From Vicugna vicugna (taxonomy: Eukaryota), in the NCBI GenBank assembly GCA_013265495.1, contig MU058241.1, positions 620,001-679,942 on the forward strand: 59,942 nucleotides of DNA, written 5' to 3'. The first letter of the stretch is position 1. Every line of letters begins with the position of its first letter. Below the pieces are notes generated by a model. The model searched no databases and was not told the DNA's origin. It saw only the letters and a program-made list of their open reading frames with translations. This document shows, piece after piece, positions 14,473-27,535 of the stretch. Position numbers and translations under genes: made by a program.

Positions 14473-17400
14473 GATATTCTAATGGAGTGAGGAAGGATGA
14501 CAGTTGTTAAGGGGGTTAATTTTCCAAAGCATATTGCCTTTCTTTTAAAAAGAACGCTGGAGTAATTGCATCCACCTTACAGAAAAGGGAGAAAAAGGGG
14601 ATCACAGGAAATAAAATATTCTAATGAAAAGATGAATGTTAGGACCGCTATTCTATTTCACCGAGTACTTTCCTGAAGCCTCTTTTTCCCTCTTCCCACA
14701 CATCTGATTACTGTCCCCTCATTTAGTTGGCAATGTATTACTTTTACTTCTTTGCTGTGTGTGTGTGTGTGTGTGTATCTGTACCTGGTTATGTTTAGAA
14801 TGACTTCAGATTCATCAAATATATTATTTTTTATTGTTTTCTTGCCTGTAGAATTCCTTTCTCTTTGGGATTCCCTGTGTCTGACTAACCCGCTTATTTC
14901 CAGTGATTTCCTCCCAATTTACAAATGCTTATTTTTCTTCATATAAGCTGATCTACTGAAGTATCATCTTAAAGAACAGTGTTGGACAAAGTACAGTCCT
15001 GTTACAGTGAGAAAGCATCACTCTGCCAATTATAATGACATTAGAAAACTCTGTTTTTGAACTACTGATCTGGGTCATATTCATTTATTTAAGTTTTTAG
15101 GGACTGTCTCTTTCTGGAGTAGAAATTGTAGCTTTGACTTACAGAAATAATCAAGATTAATCATGTTCTGCAAAAGCTTTCTCATACAGACTTTCTTTTG
15201 ATAGAATGAGCTCTCTATCAGCCTAGAATAGCAAATGTCTCTTAATAGCCCAACAAGTTTCCTGAATTGAGAAGCATTAATTTCAAAGTTCTACGATTTT
15301 ATTGCAAGCAGAAAAAAAAAGCCCCATAATTAGTATCTTCAATGTTTCCAATGTGATGTTTTACAGGTTCCTTTTGCTAATTAAAAAGTCTGAGCAAAAC
15401 GCTATGCTTTGCTCCCCACCCCCCTTAAAGCAACAAGTGAGAGCTGAGTCTGCAAGAGAGAGAAGGCTCAGTGTCTCACCGCTTAATCGAATTGATTCGG
15501 TCGGGCTATCAGTGCGGTGGGCAGCCGATTTACAAGTGCCTGATGTCTGTTGAGTGCAGGCAGAAGGGGGGTTGCCCTGCCAAGAGGGCTTTCTGAACCG
15601 GCCTCCCTGCCTCCCTCCCTCCATCCCTCCTGTTGGGAGACCTCGCTGAAGACAATCAGATGCCTGCTGCCAAAACGCAGGACTTAACCCGACCCTCCGC
15701 CCGCTCACAAAGGAGGGCTTTCGGTCCCCAGGGAAACAGCCCCTGCATTTTATCAGGCCGTGAAATTCGGAGTGAAAAGCCCTGCCTCTGGCTGCCTAGC
15801 CATGCAGGCAGTGGTGATGGTGCTGCGGGAGGGCGGGAAGCGGGGCCGGGAGGATGGACAAAAGGACAAAATGGCAGCGCACCAAGGGGCCTGCCCCCCT
15901 TCTCTGACTGCTAGGTGGTCTGTCAGCTCCTGAGGAATCGTCCTCGTCCACCAGGCACAAGCTCATTTCGTCTTCCCAGTTGACTCTGGATGTGGATGGG
16001 CTGGAGGGGGGTACTGGGAGCCACCTCTGTACACGAGGGTCCCTGGTCTGCCTCATTAGCAAATGGCAGGAAGTCCATTTCCCAAAAATAAAAGCGAGAG
16101 AAGGTCACCGCTTCGCGGGAAGGACTTACCCTGCTGGACGAGTCTTGACTCTCTAGGAGGAATGAGCAGACTGCATTTCCTGTGGAAGGCACCCTTCTGT
16201 TTTGCTTTGCTGTGCCTTCTCTGAAATACAGTCTGTATACGAGTCAGTTGCATTTCCTACGCACAGTTCATACACTGGGTACGAGTTTTTGCTGTTTTGC
16301 AGAAACACGTAGAGGTGTTCGAGCACATGAAAGAAACAGAGAAGCGTCGCTCACCGTGTAAAAGTGCACTTATTAGGTGCCACCAGGAATCAGTCAGACG
16401 TGCTTGGCCCTCCGTGATGTGGTTGCATTACCATCGCTGAGCAGAGTCTTGGCTGAGTTCACTGCTACATTATTCAGCAGATTCAACGTGTTTTAGGTCA
16501 GTCTCATGAACTCACAAGTGGACAACAAACTGAATTGGGCAGAAAATCATAAAACCTGTGGGAGAAATACCCTTGGCTTTATTACAGGGACAGCAGTTAC
16601 ACCGCCCAGTGGAGTCGTCTGCCATTACCCTGAGCTGTCTGCTCGTATTTCTGGGCTTTGTACATCTTACCTAAAATTTCCTAAATAGTTTCATGTGTGA
16701 GGAAGACTATTTTTAAGCTCCTCTAAAATGGAAGAAAGCAGGCTTTAATATACCAACTAGGTCATAAATACCACATGTGTCTGTAATAATATCGGAGTGT
16801 CCGACTCTTTATGTTCTTTCCAAGTGCCTGAAATCTTACGTAGGAATTTTACCGTTTCATAAAGCAGCTCTCTCCCCCAGGCTGTATTTATTAGGTCATT
16901 AAAGGACTGGTTCTAGAAATGGCGCTGGATATTTGGAGAAACGGAAGCTGGATCATTTGTCTCTGATAAAGGGAACATAAATTTCTTCAATAACAGAGTT
17001 ATTTTCTTTCCTCCGTTTTACACTTTGACATCATGCCTGTGGTGCTTCTGGAAACACATTCAGCAATTACTCTGAGGCTTGCTAAGACCCCAGATTCTCT
17101 TTGCTCTAAAGCTACAGCTTACTCTGAGTAGCCTGTGTGTTATAAATCACAAACACCTTTCATCTCACAACCCAGCAGAAACCTTTGGGGTGGATCTGCG
17201 TTGCTGAAATTTACAGCTTTATTTTCATGCTTCTGAAGATCAAATCCGACAAGAATATCCCACTGCTTTTGTTCCTCATTCTCTTCCCACTCATTGTTCT
17301 ATTTTCTGTCTAGTCATCCCTTCATCCCTTCACCCAGGGAGCTCTGGCCAACTCTGTGCCAGGGGGAGGTGGTCCCCACTGGTCCTTCTCTCGTTTTTCT

Positions 17401-17701
17401 ATAGCATCTATCCCACGTGTACTAATGGCTTGATTAATTTTGCCCTCCAGCACACTTACGGCTGAAGCAGGCAGACGGTCTTACGTGCCCATGTTTTCCC
17501 CGTGTCTCTCACAGTGTCAGACGCATAGATGTGGCTCAACAGATACGCATACTGGGAAGGTAGATAGGTTACAAAGTGAAGGCCGTTTATAAATTAACGC
17601 GGGTGACACAGCAGACAATCAGAGAAGCCGTGGCTATATTCTTCACATTTTTGATAGCATAGGGGTTAAATCTGAATGCACATCTCTCATCTTTAGTCCC
17701 T

Positions 17702-18160
17702 TGTGTCAGCCAGCGTTGATGCAGGAAACAAACTGCTCTAGGTACATAAACAGGAAGGAATTTAATACAGGGAATTTGGTGCTCCTGGAATGACTGGAAG
17801 TGTTGAAGGAAGGGGCTCTATCCAGACCTGCAGAAATGACTCCAGTGCACTGCAGAGCTGACCTCTCGCTGGCTCTGAGGCCTCTCGGGAACATCTATCT
17901 CAGAGCCCAGCATCCCCCCCAGTGAAGTCTCCCCAGGAGACTTCCAGGAAGCTGAGGACCTGAGGACTACAGGCAGAAAATCTTCACTCTGCCACTGTGG
18001 TTCTGAATAGCAGAGACAGTGAACACGGGACAGGCAAGAAAAACACCTTCTGCTTCACTTCTGCCTTTAAACGCTGCATCAGTGCGTTCATTAGCATTGC
18101 CAAATTAAATTCAGAGTCTTAGTGATAAGGTCATCTGGGAAGTGTACTTTTTATTCCCTT
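17702..18160. mobile_element. Ancient ERVL/MaLR-type LTR fragment
   Basis: tgtgtcagccag...caggaaacaaactgctctaggt...ggaatttaatacagggaatt start resembles old LTRs. The subfamily is not resolvable by eye. Confidence 0.45.
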
Positions 18161-18221
18161 TCCCACTAGAGGGAGTGTATGATGGATGCTGAAGGCAAAC
18201 TCTTGTACTTTCTTTTAACAC

Positions 18222-18450
18222 TCTTGTCCTCTCCAATTTGGTGGCCACTAGCCACATATGGCTGTGCAAATTTAAATGAATTAAAATGCAGTAAAATTAA
18301 ACGTTTAGTATTTTGGTTACACAGGGCAGATTTCTAGCCCTCACCGTATTATAAGTCATGTATGTCTCTCATCTCTGACTGATGGCTACCATATTGGGCC
18401 GTGCACGCATACAGCATTTCCACTCATGCATTATGTTGGGTACCACTACT
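18222..18450. mobile_element. MER3/MER33-like hAT MITE
   Basis: tccaatttggtggccactagccacatatggct...aattaaaatgcagtaaaattaa...atggctaccatattgg. Confidence 0.7.
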
Positions 18451-19529
18451 CAAGATGATGCAAAATGCCTTCTTCTTCTGCACTTTTTGGTTCAGCACAG
18501 CAACTGATGATTCAATAAAAGAGTGGGAAAAGTGAGCCTAGACTTCATCAAACGGGGTTGAGTTTGCTGGGTTGTGACGTGCAAAACAAAAGGAAACTTC
18601 TTTGGTTGGTTCTTAATTGTGTGTCTCAGGTCAAAAGAGTCATGAGGGGAAATTAGCTAAGAAACCCTTGTCCGCCTTGCCCACGCTGTAAGGAAGGCTT
18701 TTCTAGCCCTTGCGCAAAATCTGAATCATTACCAAACCTTCGTGGTGATCCAGACTTGCTAAGTTTGCACTTGCTGTTGGTTTTGACTGGGCACACAAGT
18801 CACTTTAATTGTTGTTTTATTATAAAGGAGTTCCATGGGACACAAGAACCTCAATATCACTCTTTTGGGGGTGAAGGCAGAAGAAAGCTAAATATCCAAG
18901 TGAGATTGTGAAGTTCTGTGTATGGGTTGAAAGGCCGAATAGGTTCTATATAAATAGGGTCCCCCACCCCCAGCTAGTGCACAGCCTCCTCCCCAGTGTC
19001 TTCTTTTCAGCTTCCGTAAAGTAACGAATATTACGCCTCAATCGTTAATTTTGAGCGGACCTCCCACGTTATTTATGCCTGCGTGAATGGGTTTGTTCAG
19101 AGATGCCCTCGTGTCCCAGAGACCCTTTACTGGCGACAAAGCTGGGGTGCTTTGATCTGGCACAGGAGACAGGAAACGGGCATCCTCACGAGCTTTGGCT
19201 CCCTGGTCCTCTCAAGAGCATGCCGTGTCTTCCTGGAGCTGGAAGTGTCGGCAGGCGAACCCCGCAGATCCGTATTAAGCTGTCAGTGTAACAGGCTGCA
19301 TCTGTGTGAAAAGGGTTGCTGCTGACACTCTGGACAGTGTGACTGTAAGGATTTGTTTCTTTTCTGCATTCTTGCTTAGTACCTGCCATGATCAATCACC
19401 TCTCAGACAAGTAGATCCAATTTCTCGAAAATAATTGGCACAGTGTCTGTCTACCTAGGCTCTTCTTACATATTGCTGATAGAAACAATCTTAGTAACCC
19501 AGAGCACAGAGTACAAATAAGATACTGAA

Positions 19530-19585
19530 ATATTATGCTGTACACCAGAAACTGACACATTGTAAACTGACTGCAGTAAAAAAAA
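19530..19585 (+). mobile_element. Very short L1 3' terminus
   Basis: tatgctgtacaccagaaactgacacattgtaaactgact plus an A-run, matching the terminus of the L1 at about 8808-8870. Confidence 0.75.
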
Positions 19586-21291
19586 TTTTTTTAAAGTAGC
19601 TCTGAGAAGCTTAACATAGGGGCAAATTTGCAAAGCTGAGTGACTCCCGTGATGTATGCCAGAGTTTATAAGTCCAGGAGCTCAGGGGGAAAAGACAGCA
19701 GGCCACCCAGCTTGGGAACACGATTGACACGGTTCTTCAACATCACCAATTACACGATTTCTTAAGAATTGTGTGTTGTTAAGAAAATGTGTAGGAAAAA
19801 TATATACAGAAATAAGGATCAATGCTAGACTGGCCTAAGCTTTTAAATGTGGCATGAAGGGAGGGAAGTCCTAATCTCCATTCAGCTTGGGGCATGTCGG
19901 GGAGGAGCCCCTTAACCTGGGCCTCAGCCACGTCAGGACCCTGCTGTGCGGATTCAGTTCTGCCTTTCAGCAGGGAGGTGGCGCCTGGCTGTTTAAGCCC
20001 ACAGCCCGCTGTGACAGGGGACTCCCGTGGAGCTGTGCAGAATCGGACCGAATGGAAGCACAAGATGGCTCTTGATTCAGCCTGAACGTCTGACTAATGG
20101 CAATGACAGCTTCCCTGAGGTATTCGATTACCTGGGGGTCACATGGGAGAAAGGGGAGTGGTTGATTTGGTACCTGCGAAGGATACAGATGCTGTGATCA
20201 AACTATAATAAAAAGTGAACTTGTGTGTGCGTGTTACACTTTCTGGCCTGGAAATGACACAGAGATAATATTTTTTCTAGCCGTCATTGAGTTTCTGAGC
20301 ACGTGGGTGAAATGCACACTTTCAGTTTTCCGGGAGGAGAGGCTGTCTGTAGCCGTCATCTGACTGAGCCGTCGGCTCCTGTGGTACACTTCCCACTGAG
20401 GGTCACTTCTCCTGTGTCCTTAGGAAAATGTTCACGTTAGGACGTAAGCTTCCTCATCTGAGGGAGAGGAACCTTTACGTCCCTGCCTTGGCCAGGCACC
20501 AACGTCAGCTTTTCCTCGGGGGATTTGTGACAGAGATGGGCTGATTCTGCTGATTTTAGAATTTCTGTACGACTTTACGCAGCAAGTGCAAATACTCCTG
20601 AAGGCGAATCAATGCCCAGGATGTGTCATTGAACGGTTTGCGATGGCAAAATAAGTAGGTTGAATTCATTTCCTATTTTCACTGTGAGAAATGCTTTGCT
20701 TTGATGTTGCAAAAAGGGTTTAAGACAGAGAAGGAGGGACATTCTCAGAGGTGAACTGGACCACATGGCTGAATGAACTCATTTCCTGTGCTTTATAATT
20801 AGAAACCAAGACAGAGTCAGGATGATTGGGGTCTTCACACAACCTCCGTGGAATTACCCTGGGACCCCAGGACACCTGGGGCTGCTCTGGCCTCAGGACC
20901 CTTAGGGTTCCTGAGGCTGTGGTTAACCACCTGCTTATAGAACCTGGTAGATACAACTTTCCAAAGCCTAGAAGGTGCTTGTTAAACATTGTGGGAAGAC
21001 ATGCCATCTAGTCATGATGGGGTTTCATATCTCAGGCATTTGTTTCTAATGCATTTGTCTCCATTTCTTCTTACAGCTTGTTTATAGCCACTTTGCTGTT
21101 TCTAAAATCACCTTTCCTCCGTAGATATGTGTCCATAACAGAGCTCAAGGATGCCTGTTGAAGAAAATTTGAGATTTTGAGTAACTTTAACATTACTTGA
21201 TGTTCTGATTTTTAATTTGTAACTAGATTTTAAACACTTGAGAAAAGTTATGGGAACAGTACAAAGAACTTTCATATACCTTTCCTCTAAA

Positions 21292-21445
21292 TCAGGGTAC
21301 CGCAAAATGTGCTGGCAAGGATTAGTGAATGTTGTTGTCTTTCTTGGCCATGCAAACTGTTGCAGCTGTTCAGCTCAGCTCTTGTAGCACAAAAGCAACC
21401 ACATATACAAGTGCATAAAGGAGTGGATGTGGCTGTGTTCCAATT
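21292..21445 (+). mobile_element. MER58A-like fragment abutting an L1 tail
   Basis: tgtagcacaaaagcaaccaca...gtggctgtgttccaat, then an L1 T-rich tail. Confidence 0.6.
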
Positions 21446-23680
21446 AATTTTTAACAAACTTTTTCATTGAAGTATAGTTGATTTACAATGTTGTGTTAGA
21501 GGGAGGGTATAGCTCAGTGACAGAACGGGTGCTTAGCATGCACGAGGTCCTGGGTAATCCCCAGTACCCCCTATTAAAAAATAAAACCCAATTACCCCCC
21601 CCCAAAAAAAAGACAAAACATACAATCTTGTTAGTTTCAGATGTACAGCAAATATATATATATATATGTATACACCCACACACATGCATACATACATATA
21701 TTTTTTTTCAGATTCTTTTCCATTATAGGTCATCACAAGATACTGGATACTGTTATACCATAGGTCCTTGTTGTTTATCTGTTTTATGTAATAGTAGTGT
21801 ACATATGTTAATCCCAAACCCCTAATTTATCTCTCCCCCTCCCCTTTTCCCCTTTGGTAACCATACTTTGTTTGCTATGTCTGAGTCTATTTCTAGTTTG
21901 TAAATAAGTTCATTTGTATCATTTTTTTTTAGGTTCCACATATAACTAATACCATATGACCTTTGTCTTTGGCTTACTTTACTTAGTATGATCTAATTTC
22001 TAAGTCCATCCATGTTGCTGCAAATGGCATTATTTCATTCTTTTTTGTGCCTGAGTAATAATACTTCGTTGTATACATATACCACGTCTTCTTTATGCAG
22101 TCATCTGTCAGTGGACACTTAGGTTGCTTCCATGTTGTGGCTATTGTAAATAGTTCTGCTATGAACATTGGGGTGCATCTATCTTTTTGAGTTAGTTTTC
22201 TTTTTTTTCTGGTTATAAACCCAGGAGCGGGATTGGTGGATCATATGGTAGTTCTATTTTCAGCTTTTAAAGGAACCTTCTTACTGTTTTCCAAACATTG
22301 GGGTGCATCTATCTTTTTGAGTTAGTTTTCTTCAGATATATGCCCAGGAGTGGGATTGCTGGGTCTTATAGTAAGTCTGTTTTCAGTTTTTTAAGGTACC
22401 TCCATACTGTTTTCCAGAGTAGCTGCACCCATTTACATTCCCACCAGCAGTGTAGGAGGGTTCCCTTTTCTACGCAATGTTTCTTTCGTTTATTATTGTG
22501 GACTTTTGAATGATGGCCATTCTGACTGGTGGGAGGTGATACCTCATTGTAGTTTTGATTTGCATTTCCCTAATAATTAGTGATGTTGAGCATCTTTTCA
22601 TGTGCCTGTTGGCCATCTGCATGTCTTCTTTGGAGAAATGTCTAGGTCTTCTGCCCATTTTTTGATGGGTTATTTGTTTTTGTTTGTTTGGGTTTTTTGT
22701 TGTTGGTGCTGGGTTTCAGCTGTATGAGTTGTTTGTATATTTTGAAAATTAATCTCTTGTCAGTCAGTCACATCATTTGAAAATAATCTCTCCCATCCCA
22801 TAGGTTCTTTTTGTTTTGTTAATGGTCTCTTTTTCTATGCAAAAGATTTTCAGTTTAATTAGGTCCATTTGTTTATTTTTCCTTTTATTTCCTTTACTTG
22901 AGGAGACGAATTCAAGAAAACACTGCTGCCATTTATGCCAAAGAGTGCTCTGCCTTTGTTTTCCTCTAGGGGTTTTAGAGTATTCAGTCTTACATTTAGG
23001 TCTTTAATCATTTTGAGTTTATTCTTATATATGTTAGAGAATGTTCTAATTTCAGTCTTTTACAGGCAGCTGTCCAGTTTTCCCAGCACCACTTACTGAA
23101 GAGACTGTCTCTTGTCCATTGTACATTCCTGCCTCCTTTGTCGAAGATTAATTGACTGTAAGTGGGTGGGTTTATTTCTGGGCCCTCCAAGACCGGTAGG
23201 TAGGTCTGGCCCAGGCTCCTGTGGAAGGATGGCTTTAGCCCTGGGTGCTAATGACATCTCGTGTGCGTTCTCTAAGAGTGAAGTCTACATCCCCCAGTCC
23301 TGTCGTGCTCCTGCAGTTAATCCCCACTGGCCTTCAAAGCCCAGTGCTCTGGGGGTGCCTGACTCCTGGGCTGGGGAGCCTGACGTGGGGTTCAGAATCA
23401 CTCCTGGGAGAGCCTCTGATATAATTGTTCTCCAGTTTGTGGGTCCCCCACCTAGGGGTGTGGGGGTTTGATTATATCACGAGTCTGCCCCCCTCCCCCC
23501 GCCCATCTCTCTGTGTGTCCTTCTTTGTGTCTTTACTTAAGGAAAATGTTCCTTTACTGGTAGGAAATGTGTCCTTTTCTGGTAGGTTCCAGTCTTTGTG
23601 GTCGATGGTTGTTGTGTAGTTAGCTGTGATTTTGGCATGTTCGTGAAAGGAACTCCTTCTCCTCCGGCATCTTGGCGGCC
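21446..23680 (-). mobile_element. L1 with 3'UTR, distal ORF2 and a directly fused 5'UTR-like segment (internally deleted)
   Basis: Minus-strand ORF2 remnants ([16 protein letters not shown]...[63 protein letters not shown]). 23184-23680 reads on the minus strand caagatgccggaggagaagg...ccaaaatcacagctaact, resembling an L1 5' end. Confidence 0.85.
21500..21620 (+). mobile_element. tRNA-Ala-derived SINE nested in the L1 3'UTR
   Basis: gggagggtatagctcagtg head, aattacccc-A tail, and a degenerate TSD tacaatgttgtgttag / tacaatcttgttag. Confidence 0.88.
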
Positions 23681-24319
23681 GGCAGACAACGTTTTCTCCT
23701 TTCTGTTCTCTGGGACCAAAATGCAGACCAGTGTGGTAGATGCTTTCAAGATGCAGATTTAAGCTGTCCAGCTTTTGCCATTGGAGATGAGACAAGAAAA
23801 TAATGCTCCTCAGAGGCACGGAATTGCTACTTCTTTCTTTAGTGTTAGAATCATCCTCAGGAACAAGTCTTTCCTCATCAGTGACGGTGAGAATACTGTT
23901 TCTGACACTTTCCACAACTCCTCTGTTTCATTCATTCCACTCCATTGCATCTCCGCAGCACTGAGAGGCACGACTGCTTCTTTTAGAAAGATACCACGGC
24001 AGTGGGAAAGTTTTAGACGAAGCAGCCTCTTCAGATTTTTTGATGCAGTACAGCCAGGGTGATGTTTCTAGACATGTGTCCTCTGGGTCAAATTACAGCA
24101 GGGCACGACTGTCCCACCAGGTCCATTTGCTCGCCTCGCAGCCTGCCAACTGCTGAGATGCCGGCCGACGTTTGTGGCCAAGAAAGCTTATTCACAAGGC
24201 AGCTGTGCGAGGAGAGACCAGAGGACATGCCTCAGACCCACCTCCTCCACCAAATTTTATTTGCAGAAACAGATGGTGTGTCACGTTTGGGTCCTGCTTT
24301 TGAGTTGTTGACCCCACCC

Positions 24320-24965
24320 TAGATTTATCAGTTGTTAACTTTTACTTGCTTTACTGCATTCTCTTTCTCTCTCTTTTTCAGTGTACTTACAATTGTTAAT
24401 TTTTCCATCCTTTTTTTAAAAAAAGTTGCAGACATCATGACTCTTTACACCTAAATTGTTCAGCATGTATCTCTTCCACAACTGCTGTGGAATTTTCAAA
24501 CACAGGGAATTTCACGTTGATGTACTGCTATGACCTCATATTTGGTCTACATTTAAATTTCACTAATTGTGCCAGTAATGCCTTGTCTAGCATTGTTTTC
24601 TCTGCTCCAGGATCCGACTCATCAGCATGCTTGCACTCAGTTGTCACACAACTTTAGTGTCCTTACTTCTGGGAGCAATCTTTGACCCGCCTTGCCTCTC
24701 ACACCACTGGTGCTTTGAAGACCAGAGGCTTGTTGCTTTGTAGAAGGCACCTCATTCTGGGCTTGTCTGATACTTCCTTGCGGTTGGAGTCAGGTTCTGC
24801 TCCTTGCGCAGGGACGCTGCCTCAGTGGTGATGCTGCTGTGCTGAAACCAGGGGCACACCAGGTGGGTTTCCCCGTTCCTGGAGATGTCTCCTTCATCAC
24901 CCAGTTACAGTGTTTTCTCCAGGTTTCCCCACTGTAAAGCTGTCACTTCCTCCTCACTATTAATG
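24320..24965 (-). mobile_element. Old L1MC-like fragment
   Basis: agttgcagacatcatgactctttacacctaaa...ttcagcatgtatct...caggatcc...ttgcactcagttgtcac. Confidence 0.65.
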
Positions 24966-27040
24966 GCCTTTTAACCTTTATTTTTTAAAAAAATTTTATT
25001 AAAAAAATTTTAAAATTGAAGTTAGTTGATGCATAATATTATATAAGTTACAGGTATGCATAATATCTTTTTCATTTGAGAAATAACCATGGGGATATTA
25101 TTTGACACTTGAGCACTATGCCAAGATGCCATAGCAGGTCAGGTGGAAAATCGAGATGCTGAGGACATGTGCTTCTTCTTCAGGGGAACAGAATTCCCTC
25201 ATGGATCTATTTCAGAAGACTTCATGGAATGCATAATGGTGCAGTTCCCATGAGAGAGGACACTAACTTCCTGGATTCATTTCTTTTTTTCCATTTTAAC
25301 TGTTTCTAAACACGTTTCGCTGAAACTAAAAAGAACTCTTAATGTTAGAACTCCCTTTATTGTGAGAGATGGTTTTGATGAAACGAGGCCCAGGTTTCTT
25401 GATAAACATCATGAGGGAGAGTAATTATCCTGTGAATGTTTCAGAGAAAGTTGACTTGTGATTGGAGATATCTGAGGCGTGACATTGCTCTCCGGGGTTG
25501 GCTTGCTAATCCTCTGTGGTTTAGGCTCTGATGATTGTTCAACTGTACTTTCATGGGCTGTCCGCCAAAAGATTTCATTATTTTGGCAAGACCCAGTGCA
25601 CTTTTCCACACACAGGATTGTAACAATTTCTAGACCAATTGAGAACTGGAGAAAGTCCATGAATAATGCTAAAGACAGTACGGTGCACATATTTTAGGAA
25701 CTATATTGGGGGGAAAACCCACTTCCATCTAAAAAACAGATCTACAGTTTCCCAGAGAAACTTGCTGCTATTAATTCAGAAAACAGAAGAGGTCTTTGGA
25801 AACTTCTGTCGATAGTATTATTATATGTGGTGAGTACAGACCTGTATGAACAGAAAAGTGAATATTTTCTGTGAAACTCCAAATTTATTCTGTACATCCA
25901 GGCAACCATCCAGACAAAAATTAACTATAAATCACTATTTGACTTTTTATTATTCAACAGAAAATTTTTTTGTGAAACCATACCATATGTTCTGTAAAAC
26001 GTGCAGGGCTGTAGTCTTAGATTTTTTCCTTCTGAATCCACCTCTGGCCACACAGACAAGAACAGTGTGCACAACTGTCATAATTTGGGCCCCAAAATGT
26101 CACTTTAAAAACAATTATTGGAAAGTGCTTGAGAGACCAGAATTAAAAGAACTTTTTTCTTCTTCAATTAAAAGGAAGAAGGTAGATATCAGGGAAATGT
26201 GAAAGAATGAAAATCAGTTTTCCTTTGTGGTCCTTTGGAACTGGAAGGGGACCAGATTCATGGAGCATCTACTACATGTAAGCATTTAAAAGTGTCATTA
26301 AAATGTTTGTTTCCAAAGAATCCTCTTGGGCAACTGTTACTCTTTTATATAAATCAGAAACCTCAGACCTGGCTGGGATCATCAGTTTCTGTGTCCTTCA
26401 CTGTGTGGTCTATCCACTCAAGACCCCTCAGCCCCAGCCCAGAATTGTACCTGAAAGGACTCATATCTAATTGTCAGCACTTTCTCACCATGTTGGAAAA
26501 CTGTGACTGGCTGGCATGTGTGACTCATGACCACTGGCATCTATCTCTGCATCCAAATTCTTACATCCGCTAAGCCGAACAGCAAATTGAATGGCCTGTG
26601 TCCAATCGCAGCTGGAGTCGTGGACCTAAATGCTGCAACCCAGCCATTGCTGCTGTGAAGCTGTTTTAGTTGCCATATCTGGAAAATGTAGGGTAGGATT
26701 CTATGCCATCAGAGATTCCTTGCCTTTCTGAAATTCTGTGTTCCCACGTCATAAGCCTTGCAGCTTTCCCTGGGACCTTGTATGTTGATTACTTCTTGTT
26801 TATTCTGCGTCTTCAATCAGACCCTGTTCACCTGGCCCTTCCTTTCTGCCTGCCAGTATGTCCCCCTCTCTTCTTTTTCGCGTCTCCTCACGTTTCAGTC
26901 TCCTCATGCGCAGATGCAAAAAGAGGGAGCAAAGCTGAGCAAACAAGAACATTTTGCTGAACCATGAGACGTCCCCTGTGTTACCATTCTAGCTCTTGCC
27001 TATCCCAGTCCCCCACAGTCTAGACGCGCCAGTCTTCATA

Positions 27041-27060
27041 GTGTGTGTGTGTGTGTGTGT
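27041..27060. repeat. (GT)10 microsatellite
   Basis: Read directly from the sequence. Confidence 0.95.
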
Positions 27061-27400
27061 AGAGTTCATAAATCTAGCAGACACACCACTTAGCATGACA
27101 CTGTGGTAATGAAATTAAGTACATATTTATGAAAGAAATGAATGAATGAATGAATGATGTAGGGAGAAAGAGAAAAGAGACTTGCACATGAGCATCACTA
27201 GCTTCCCCTTTGTCCAGAACACCACGTCCACAGTTCCAGCAGCTTGGCAGGCATACCTTCCTGTACATGCACTACACACCCCAGACTCATCGTGTTAAAC
27301 ACTTAATTCCACATCTCTCCCCGTGTGTGTGTCTCCTGCACCCTCCATCTTATTGGCATGATCAGCTCATTTCTGAGCGGGTTGAGAACATTTGGTACCA

Positions 27401-27535
27401 GGGGGAGGGTATAGCTCAGTGGTAGAGTGCATGCTTAGCATGCGTGAGGTCATGGGTTCAATCCCCAGTACCTCTGTTAAATAAAAACTGATAATAATAA
27501 ATAAATAAACCTAATTACCCCCACACACACAAAAG
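27401..27535 (+). mobile_element. tRNA-Ala-derived SINE
   Basis: gggggagggtatagctcagtggtagag...gggttcaatccccagtacctc (A and B boxes), a (taaa)n-cctaattacccc tail, and TSD-like tttggtacc / tttggtgcc. Confidence 0.92.

Noticed and set aside
21983..23190. L1 ORF2-like peptides as a functional gene
   Set aside because: They are fragmented by stops and frameshifts, and the endonuclease and RT domains are absent.
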